DNA of 61,036 bases, counting the filler. It is 13 parts of 13 records of this genome, joined end to end, with 100 filler letters (N's around TTAATTAATTAA, not from the genome) between each part and the next. Parts side by side here need not be neighbours in the genome. Positions count along the whole stretch, not along the records: positions 1 to 3,002 come from SRR7504441_26274; positions 3,103 to 11,511 come from SRR7504441_26316; 11 more parts are not named here. One strand, given 5' to 3'. Position numbers and translations under genes: made by a program. Under the pieces are notes generated by a model. It made no database searches. It saw only the letters and a list, made by a program, of their open reading frames with translations, and was not told where the DNA came from. This document shows, piece after piece, positions 1 through 8,760 of the stretch; the first letter of the stretch is position 1, and the number at the start of each line of letters is the position of its first letter.

Positions 1-308
1 TCTGGCTCTGGCTCTGGCTCCGGCTCTGGCGTCGGTGGACAGATCGAACTGGTGAGTTGCAACCAGTGGTGCGGCTGCAGCAGCCGACACACGGGCTCCG
101 GGCCGGCCAGACGGGCGGGCGGTTCCCCGAGCACCAGCCAGCACGCAGCGCCAGCGCAGTCGGCCTTGGGGAGTAACAGCGCGCGGAGGGCGGCCGGGCC
201 GATCTGCGGGTCCACCGCCAGCGAGGTGGACCCGCCGTGGTCAAAGTAGACTCGGAGCAGCTGCTGGCCCCCGGCTGTCCGCTGACGCAGCGCCGGCTTC
301 CGCTCCAT
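1..308 (-). CDS. 5' part of an unknown protein (possible ubiquitin-fold/RA-like N-terminus, then a PE dipeptide repeat); runs off the window edge
   Basis: ATG at 308, open to base 1: MERKPALRQR...LLRVYFDHGGSTSLAVDP...CPPTPEPEPEPEP; head-to-head with the ATG at 360. Confidence 0.5.
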   Translation of the reverse strand, partial: MERKPALRQRTAGGQQLLRVYFDHGGSTSLAVDPQIGPAALRALLLPKADCAGAACWLVLGEPPARLAGPEPVCRLLQPHHWLQLTSSICPPTPEPEPEPEP

Positions 309-359
309 CGCTCCCAACGGCTTTTTTTTGTGTGCGTCTTGACTGACTGGGTCAGCGCG

Positions 360-1355
360 ATGGAGGCACACGACCCCTCCGAAGACTGCACGCTAGCGCT
401 GGCCAACTTTGCACGGGACGACCTGGCCTTCGGGGCGGCGGCAACTAGCCGCACCGACCTGGCCGGCGGCCGGCTGGGCTTCTCGGTCTCTTCGGAGCAG
501 CTCGACCAGCGGACGGTCAAGCTGCGCCCGATCCCACCGGACGCCTCGCTGGCCGAGCACGGGGCCGAGCTGCTCGATCTGGGGCCGGCGCTGCGGGCAG
601 CCGGGCTGGGCGAGGGCCAGCTCCAGCTGGACGACAAGGCGCACCGGCTCAGGCTGGGCCAGCTGGTTCAGAAGGCGGTGGCGGCCCGGTTCGGCCGGTC
701 GGTGGTGCACATGGCCGACACCTCGCGGGTCTCCGGGGCGGCCGGGTACGGGGAGGTCACTGTGCGGGACACTGCACCAGGCAGCGGGCTGCGGGCCGGG
801 CACCACGCGGTGCATGTGGACCAGTACTTGCCTGGGATTGCTCGGGTCTCCGGCCGCCGGGACGGCGCACAGGCCTTTGTCGAGTCCTGGTGGCCGCACT
901 GGGCCCCGGACTTTGCAAGGTTCGGAGTGGACCAGCAGTCGGTGGTCCGTTGCGTCACTGCAGCCCAGCCTGGGCTGATCAACCTGTGGGTGTCGCTCAC
1001 ACCTGGCGAGATCACGCAGTCACCGCTGGTCGTGGCAGACAGGCGGACGCTGGCTCTCCAGCAGGGCAGCCTGGACCAAGGAAGCCTGGACCAAGTCTGC
1101 ACGGTGCCAGTGCAGTTCCCGGGGCTGGACGTGACGCTCACCCTGCTCCGCTCAAAAGTGGTGGCGGATGACGTGCGGTGGCTGTGGCGGCCGCGGATGA
1201 AGTTTGGTGAAGCGCTGCTCTTCTCGACGATGGCCTCGCCGCATTCGGCTGTACAGCTCATTGAACCGGTCGATGAGAAACCCCGGCAATCTGCAGAGAT
1301 GCGCTTGTTCGTTTTGGATCAATTGCATAACAATGTTATTACACCGCGCTTATAG
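360..1355 (+). CDS. CmcJ/NvfI/AsaB-family Fe(II)/2OG-type oxidoreductase, intronless
   Basis: Family-like motifs in order: HAVHVD, INLWVSL...QSPLVVAD, WLWRPRMKFGEALLF, PHSAV, RQSAEMR; first ATG at 360. Confidence 0.7.
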   Translation: MEAHDPSEDCTLALANFARDDLAFGAAATSRTDLAGGRLGFSVSSEQLDQRTVKLRPIPPDASLAEHGAELLDLGPALRAAGLGEGQLQLDDKAHRLRLGQLVQKAVAARFGRSVVHMADTSRVSGAAGYGEVTVRDTAPGSGLRAGHHAVHVDQYLPGIARVSGRRDGAQAFVESWWPHWAPDFARFGVDQQSVVRCVTAAQPGLINLWVSLTPGEITQSPLVVADRRTLALQQGSLDQGSLDQVCTVPVQFPGLDVTLTLLRSKVVADDVRWLWRPRMKFGEALLFSTMASPHSAVQLIEPVDEKPRQSAEMRLFVLDQLHNNVITPRL

Positions 1356-1530
1356 GGTACTTGTGTACTGAGTGTGCACATGCTTGCAAGTGTCTTATAA
1401 AAGAGCTATGTCTGTCATGTGTGAGCACTCGTTGCACATTGACAAAGATACAAAGATCGTCGCCGGATGTCGTCGCGGATGTACTGTGCTGCGTTATTTT
1501 ATTTGATTCGGATCGGAGATCTCTTCATCA

Positions 1531-3002
1531 ATGGGCTGTTCAGGGAGCACAGAGAAGGAGGACGGCGGCAAGCCGCTGGCCTCCACGCAACCCAAGCCAG
1601 CCAGTAAGCACAAGCCAGCCAGCAAACCTGCAGCACCTGCTGCGGTCCCGACGGCCCCGGTCGCGCCGCTGCTGACGAGCGATGCTGTGACCATGGCCCG
1701 GGGAGAAATGCGGTATCCGCCGAGCAAAGTCACGCGGATGTACCACCTGCCGGATGAGATGTCGGCGCCCACCGAGGTGGCCCACCGCTTCTTCCCAGCA
1801 CTCGGGTGCCCGCTCCTCGGGAGGGCTGTTGAGGTGGGGCTGCAGGGAGCGGAGCTTCGCGCGGGCGATAGTGGGGCTGGAGTCCCAGCCGGGCCAGATG
1901 CTGCTGGACGATGGCCAGGTCTGCCAAAAGACCAACCAGGACCGCGGGTGCCCCGGCCGCTGGGCGGCTCGAACCGGTGGGCAGCTGTTACCATTATCCG
2001 TTCTGCGGCAACTCGGAGTGGGCGCTCTTCTGCGTGTTTGACGGGCACGGCTCGGAGGGCCACTGGGTGTCGGAGTTTACGATGTCCCAAGTGGGCGAGA
2101 TACTCGAGGACCGGCTCGGCAGGAAGGGCGCGACGCCAGAGTCGGCGCTCAAGCAGACGATGCTCACACTAGTCCGGATGCTCAAGCGCAACCAGGTCGG
2201 GTTCGGGCTGATCGACTGCAGCCAGAGCGGGTGCACCGCCGTGGTGGTGCTGGTGCAGCAGGACGTTATGGTGCGCCGCGTGCACGGACCCGGCTCAGCG
2301 CGGGGCAGTGGGTGGCGAATGTTGGCGATTCGCGCGCGGTTGTCGGCAGGAAGAGCCCCAATCCGGCGCACGCTGGCCGGCTGATCTCGATCGATCTGAC
2401 CATTGACCAGAAGCCGGTCCGGATTTGGCCATACGGACTTGCTCACTGGCCGCAGGACTCGCCAGATGAGATGTCGCGCATTGTGAAGTGCGGTGGGTTC
2501 ATCTCCCCCGAGAGCGACGAAGGCCCAAGCCGAGTATACAGAACCGCCAACCGGCAAACGGGCGGGCTGACGCTCGGGCGGGCGCTAGGGGACTTCTCCC
2601 TGGAGGAGGCAGCCTGGAGCGCCGGGCGTGGCCGAGGGGGAGGCAGGTCGGGGTGATATGCGAGCCTGTGGTGACAAGATATCAATTCGATCCGGACGAC
2701 CAGGCACGGGCCCGGGGCCGACGACCGGCTGACTTGGTGATGACTAGGTGGTGGTGCTGGGATCGGATGGGGTGTTTGAATTCATTAACAACCAGGAAGT
2801 GGTCGAGCTTGCTTCTCAGCATGTGTCGGCATCAAGGGCTTGTGCAAATCTAGTCAAAGAGGCTTGCCATAGATGGTGTCCAAATCGGCCCCTTTACAGA
2901 GATGACATTACCGCGTGCATATTCCACCCACCGTTGTGGGTTCCAATAGAATCAGAGGAGGGCAATGATAAGCAAACGCCTAGTGCGACCATTGATTTAC
3001 AA
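1531..3002 (+). CDS. Protein phosphatase 2C (PPM family) with likely N-myristoylation/palmitoylation; 6 introns; 3' end cut by the contig break
   Basis: Spliced motifs KTNQDR, VFDGHG, SGCTA, ANVGDSRA, GRALGD, GSDGVFE, RDDIT; starts MGCSGS; GC-AG introns at 2609-2646 and 2704-2747. Confidence 0.9.
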
Positions 3003-3102
3003 NNNNNNNNNNNNNNNNNNNNNNNNNNNNNNNNNNNNNNNNNNNNTTAATTAATTAANNNNNNNNNNNNNNNNNNNNNNNNNNNNNNNNNNNNNNNNNN
3101 NN
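3003..3102. other. Artificial contig linker (N44-TTAATTAATTAA-N44)
   Basis: Identical 100-nt spacer with stops in all frames; recurs at 11512, 16330, 20361, 25821, 29498, 34310, 39816, 43934, 48057, 52061 and 56216. Confidence 0.99.
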
Positions 3103-3421
3103 GCAAGTTAGACAGGATGCTGACCAGTTGGACGAGTTGACAGCGCGTGTAGCCAGGTCAGACGAGCGGGCTGAGACAGCTGAACGGAATGCGACTGAGC
3201 TCGAGCGGCGTGTGGTGCAGTTTGAGGGGCTAATCGAGCTGCTGAGAGACAGCCGCGAGCAGATTTTAGCTGGTGTGAACCGCCGAATATGTCTGGAACA
3301 AGAAAATCTGCTGTCGATTCCTAAATCAGCCAAGGCAGATCGAGAGTCAAGTAAGCGCCGTATAGCTACTCTTGATCAACGACGGCAAGAGCTCGATACG
3401 ATGCTTGCGATTGTGAATTAG
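3103..3421 (+). CDS. 3' fragment of a coiled-coil protein
   Basis: Heptad E/R/L-rich open frame from the contig start to TAG at 3421, followed by AT-rich intergenic DNA. Confidence 0.5.
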
Positions 3422-3735
3422 CTTAAATTAGCTCATATTAACTAGTATAGTAAGTAAGTGCTGTGCATGCATATGCTAACATGCATGCATGTATAAATTC
3501 AATGCATTGAAGCCGTGATCATGAAGCTATGAGTGTACAAAATGAAATTAATGTAATGCTTTAAAAAAATGATTATTCGACAATCCGATGTTTGTGCAAT
3601 CAATGTCGATTCAAATGTTACATGCATGGGATTGATTTCAAGTTTAATCATGATCAATGCATTCATGAATACGGACATGGCAACCTCCATTCTACCTCCA
3701 CATACCACACACATTTCTTTGCATAGCCCGGCGAA

Positions 3736-4453
3736 TTATAAACTCATCAAAAGTTGTGCATAATTGGTCTGGTCGTCCATTGCGTACTCATGATTTCGGC
3801 TAGAGCTGCAGCATCCCATTTGGGGATTTGCCTTGCATTCCGGAGATTCGCTTCCGCACGAATCCCAGTATTTGTGTTTCTTGTCTTCGCAAATGTTCTT
3901 CTCAGGCAGCCCATCGGGATGGGCTTCCAACAATTCTGCAGCTTTCTGAGCAAACTCTCTGGCGTTGTCACGGTATTTATCACCGATCCAATCGTTCCAA
4001 TAATGCTGCCACACGTCTTCACCCACATCTATACACTGTCCAGACTTGAACACAGAGCACTTGAACTCGTCCTTCTCGTCCTTGGTACAGGAGCTTTGGT
4101 CGGCGGTGGTACAGGAGCTTTGGTCGGCGGTGATACAGGAGCTTTGGTCGGCGATGATTTTCTGCGCCTCTTAGCGACGCCTCTTCGACGCCTTCTGGCT
4201 CCGAGCTCGAGCTCGATGTCCTGTGCCTCTCCGAGCTCAAGCACATCGGCGTGATCTAGCTGGTCCGCGTACTCATCTGCACAGCGGTGAGCGCGCTTGA
4301 GCCGCGGGTCTACACACCGTTGCCGGCCCGGTTGTTGAAGGAGGCAAAGTCCAGGCTCATCGTCCCTGAGGTTGACATGAAGCTTGCCCCGCGTCTGGCC
4401 TCGACCGTCCCCACCACCACGCACACCACTGCGATCCACCACGTGCACCCCAT
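3736..4453 (-). CDS. Secreted precursor-like protein: signal peptide, acidic pro-region, polybasic sites, PPTKAPV repeats, Cys-rich C-terminal domain; apparent 1-nt frameshift near 4084
   Basis: MGCTWWIAVVCVVVGTVEA-RR...; 41-nt GT-AG intron 4277-4317 gives NRAGNDEYADQ; C-terminal frame 3736-4083. Confidence 0.6.
4086..4153. repeat. 24-nt coding tandem repeat x3 (PPTKAPVx)
   Basis: tacaggagctttggtcggcg occurs three times at 24-nt period. Confidence 0.9.
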
Positions 4454-4541
4454 GCTGTATCTCAATGTGAACAAGATCTGCAACGGACGAAGAAGTGACA
4501 GCCTTGAAGTTGCCACCCCGGTCGGCGGATCCTGAGTGCTG

Positions 4542-5300
4542 ATGGTGAACTCGAGCACCTGTTATGTTGGCAATTGCTCGCGCAATCTGGACGGCCAGCA
4601 GTGGGAGTGGACCCTGTACGTCGGGCACGACCCGAACCGTCTCTACCGGTCCCCGCCGTTCGAGGAGTTCCCGCGCAGCGTCAAAACGGTCACCTGCCTG
4701 CTCCACCCGACCTTCCGAGACCGGAAGCGGACGCTCGACTGGAACCCGTCCACCGAGCGGTACGAGCTGACCTGCACCGGCTGGGGGACCTTCCCGGTGG
4801 ACGTGACCGTCGTTATGAACTCCGGGACCGAGAGCCACGTCCGCTGGCCGCTCCAGTTCGGCGCGGACGGCCGGCAGGACTTTACTGTGCACAGCAAGCC
4901 GCGCCCCCCGCGGAGCAACCCCCAAGAGCTAGAGGAGGCCTGTGTGCCTCGCTCTGTGGCAGCCGAGCCGCTGAGCGAGGCACAGCAGCTGGAACGGCTC
5001 GGCTCGTCGTGCAGGTATCCGCCGCCAACGCCGGCTATGCCACCGCCCATGGCGGCTGACCTCGACCGGGTCCAATCCGATTACGCTCAACCTGCACGTG
5101 GGGGCTCGCGGCCCAGTGCTGGGCTGGGCCCAGTGCTGGCCATCCTGGGGCTCGATTCCACGTTCGAAGCGCAGTTCAAGGACAAGCTCGGCGTGACCGA
5201 GCCGGCTGACTTGCCGTATCTCACTGCAGAGGATCTGGAGTTGGTCGGCATACGCGGGGTTAAGGCGCGGCGGTTTCTTGCTCAGGTCAAGAACCTCTAG
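4542..5300 (+). CDS. YEATS-domain protein with a C-terminal SAM-like domain, intronless
   Basis: WEWTLYV, LHPTF, GWGTF, WPLQF (YEATS); LAILGL...F...GV...DLPYLTAEDLELVGI...ARRFL (SAM-like). Confidence 0.75.
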   Translation: MVNSSTCYVGNCSRNLDGQQWEWTLYVGHDPNRLYRSPPFEEFPRSVKTVTCLLHPTFRDRKRTLDWNPSTERYELTCTGWGTFPVDVTVVMNSGTESHVRWPLQFGADGRQDFTVHSKPRPPRSNPQELEEACVPRSVAAEPLSEAQQLERLGSSCRYPPPTPAMPPPMAADLDRVQSDYAQPARGGSRPSAGLGPVLAILGLDSTFEAQFKDKLGVTEPADLPYLTAEDLELVGIRGVKARRFLAQVKNL

Positions 5301-5522
5301 AGAACAGGTCTCGGGTTATTTTACATATCCCTCTTACTTATACGTAGAACCAAATGCAATAAGAATTGCGTCGTGGATGCCCGGCTAAGCACTACCGGTA
5401 GGGTACGTTAAGCTATCAATTTTGGACTCGGGAACGGCTTTATTCGTGCAAGTAAAGGTCCTCCTAATTAATTATCATGTAAAAAGAGAAAAAAGTCAGG
5501 CGCCTGGCCAGGACACGTCACC

Positions 5523-7007
5523 ATGGTTCTTCGGTGGCTGTGGCCGAGTGTGCTGTGGCTGCTGGCCGTGGCCGGGCAGCCCGGCCGGCAGTGCGCACAG
5601 GGGCTCAGCCTGCTAGTGGTCCGCCTGCCCCCTTCGGCCGTCCGCTCAGCTCAGGCAGGTGGCTGACCTCGACCAGACGGCCCGGCACCCTCACCAGTTC
5701 CAGTGGCGGTCCCCGCGCCCAGCCCTCGACGGCTCAGCCCGGGGGCAGCTCGGAGCTCCGCCGGGGCCAGCTCCACCGGCTGGCCAACGGCAACTACTCG
5801 CTCGACTGGTCGGCTGGCTCGGCTGCGGTCCCGCTGGTGGCTGCTCGCCGTCCTGGCCTGAGCCGGCCCCGGCAGCTGACCCGCACCGCCCGGAACAACC
5901 GGTCTCTCGAGCTCTCGGACCTGGTGCAGTTTGATGGGCGCTGGTCTGGCACGTGCGCGGCGGTGGCAGAGGCCGGGGCAGGTGGAGCGTATGCGATGTT
6001 ACAGGGTTTGTTTATTCGGTTGATCCTAGCTCGGGCGCGCTGCAGCACTGGCACACTGTGCGCGACGGCGACGGCACAGGCCCGTGTGCAATCTAGCTCG
6101 GGCTGAACCTGGCGGCAGCGGAGGTCCCGGCTAAGCTGGAATGGTCGACTGTGAAGGATGGGCGGCTGCTTATGGGGTCCACCGGCAAGCCGTGGAAGGC
6201 AATCAGCCGGCTGGGGCGGCCAGTCAGCCCGGGGCAGGGCACGCATGACTCCGAGTGGGTGCACGCGATTCGGCCGGGGCTGGCTGAAGTCGAGCATGAG
6301 GACTGGACGGGGCCGTTTGAGCTCCTCCGGGCAGCGAGCAACACGAGCAGCCCGGGGTGGCGGATGTGCCGCCCTTGCGGAGGGCTGGCCAGGTACCTGT
6401 GGCACGAAGCAATCCACTGGTGGGCCGACCAGCATAAGTGGGTGATCGCCCCCCGCAAGGAGAGTGGTAGGAAGGTCTTTGGCTCGAGCGGCTCGATCTG
6501 ATCTTTGGCAGGCATACGAACAGAAGGCGGATGAGCTCAAGGGGACCAACTTGGTGCTCACCGCCAGCGAGCAGTTTGAGCGGATCCAAGTGCACCGGGT
6601 CGGTCAGCTCGACCGGCGCTGGGGCTGGTAGGGCCGGGCCGCATTCGGCAGTCGAGCCTAGATCTAGGTCGGCGATCCGGCCAGTGCCTCTCGACGAGCG
6701 CGAGTTGTTTGCGGCGCTTCGGGTTATACCGTCATTTGCGCCGGTTTCCGAGTGCGTGGATAGGTTACGGAGGTGGATGGCCAGACGCGCACACAATTTA
6801 CCGTCTTCGACCTCCAAGGAAGGTGCTCACAGGGCAGTGGGCTCAGCCGACTCTGCCTTGGTAGGTATCATTTGGAGCCCGCTTTTGTGGATCTCGGCAA
6901 CGTGCGAGCTGGGCCTTGCCGAATGCTGACAATTGGCGTTGCTTCAGGTCAAGTACGAGGGGCTCGAATTCGATGTGGACAGCTGCCGCCGTGAGGAGAG
7001 AGACTAG
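5523..7007 (+). CDS. CANT1: Soluble calcium-activated nucleotidase (CANT1/apyrase family); about 12 introns of 36-46 nt
   Basis: Signal peptide, then spliced motifs VADLD, LELSDLVQFDG, EWSTVKDG, GSTGKPW, GYLWHEA, PRKES, KGTN, KYEGLEF. Confidence 0.85.
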
Positions 7008-7325
7008 CCCCTCGTTATAAGCAGCTTCCTACTTTACAACCATGAAATCTTCTAATAAACAATGATTGTGCTACGTACATGTCAAGCTTGATGTACTCCA
7101 GACTTCAGGAGTACACAATCATTTATGTATGTACAAGTATATATATAATTTATAGAGCTAAACAACGCGGGTGATCTATGGGTGCTCTCGTTGAAAGATA
7201 AAACGATCCATTAACGATCCATGATGTTTTATTTCCAGCCTTGGTATATGTACATAATATGTACATGTCACATGTACTAATAATTAAAATTCAATCATGA
7301 ATTGAGATGCAGCCTATTTCTACAA

Positions 7326-8505
7326 TCAACCTGGTGGGCGTGGAGCGAATTGGCCATGTTGATCTGTGACCACTTCCATGTCCATCGACATCATTGAGTG
7401 TTGATCTTCCTCAAATTCAATCGATATCATTGAGTGTTGATATTTGTAATACCCAGCAGCAGTGTCGCTCGAAAAGTCCTTGCACTGCTCGTACGTGAAC
7501 ACGCACTTGACCCGCTCGTTTGTTATGAATGGAAAATGGAAATGGCCATCCGAATTAGGTCGGCACTCTAGTATCAAAGTCCATGTGCCGAACTGGCCCA
7601 GCATGCGCTCATCAGAGGAGGCCCCGCGGTGGTCGCAGCCAGGCAGCTCATAAACCTCCACGTGACACGACTCTTTCCACGTCGCCGCGTGCCGCAGCGA
7701 GTGATATGGGACCGTTCCATCGCCACTCAACCAAACGGTCTCCTGCGTATCTGGCTGGATCTGAGCTGTAGCGCTAGTCTCGCAGGCTAGTCCACCGATC
7801 GCTACCAAACCATCAATATCGCCCTCGGTGTCTAGCTCGAAGGCAGCTTCCAGCCGGTCTACCAACCCTCCAGTCGAATGCACTGGCCGGTGTCTAAGGA
7901 AGAGTGCCCTTGTGGTCCTCACGTTAATTCCGTAGATTGCGGTGACTCTCTCCACAGGTGGAGCGCCAGTGTCGTCCACCAACTCGCCTGCATGATTTGG
8001 AACCTGCCAGGTCTCGCGAGGTTGGCTGAACATCCCTTCATACTGATGTAGAGCCAGCGCACGAGCAGGACTCCAGCGCAAGGGGGTCCTGCTGTCCTTC
8101 CCAGTCGCCCGTGGGCTGGAGATACCGCCCTACTGGTACTGAGCGCAGAATGGTCAGCATCTACCCACACAGTCAGAAGGTGCCCAGCTGGGCTGGCTAC
8201 CTGTGATTGGGAGAAGATCTGGTCTGCAGTCCGTCACCCATGCGATCAGGACTCGCGCGCAGGGCCGAGTCCTGAACCACCATGCTGTGCTCCGACTTAT
8301 TGGAGGCCATCATCGAGCCGAGGCCCATCCAGATCTGCTCGCCCTGGAATCCGGGCACCGGCGAGGCCTCGGCAATCAGCTGCGACCCGGCCAGGGACGG
8401 GAACAGCACCACCCCCGGGCCGTTAGCCGTATAATTCAGCCCTGCCGCGATCCCGGGCTCCGCCCCGGACGCGCCATGCGCCCCTTTGCCCATTTCAGGA
8501 TCCAT
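7326..8505 (-). CDS. LCAT/PDAT-family acyltransferase-like protein apparently lacking the central catalytic segment (possible pseudogene)
   Basis: N-terminal PGVVLFPSLAGSQL and C-terminal PPV..AIYGIN.T, GDGTVPYHSL, DH motifs present; no GHSxG found between them. Confidence 0.55.
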
Positions 8506-8760
8506 CGGATGCCGCCTTTGCTGCCATGGGGCCCCTTTTTTCGCTCCTCAAAAGTCAAGTCACCGTTTATTGGAAGCTAGCGCTAGCTAGCTACAGCGTA
8601 CGTACACCTTTAGTTTCGCATAGTCTTATGAATACCTGGTAAATTCAATGAAAAAAAGAGTACACGATTACATGTATAGGGAATGGAGATGCTTCAATTC
8701 CCATGCAAATCTGGTCACCATTTGATTTTATTATGGACACTAATAGGAGGCAATTGCATG

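Noticed and set aside
393-1261. Many long overlapping or antisense ORFs here and throughout the window
   Set aside because: Expected shadows in GC-rich coding DNA; low-complexity R/P/A/G translations without motifs
3003-3102. Regularly recurring TTAATTAATTAA flanked by N runs, resembling a repeat array
   Set aside because: Identical 100-nt synthetic contig linker; not biological, not CRISPR
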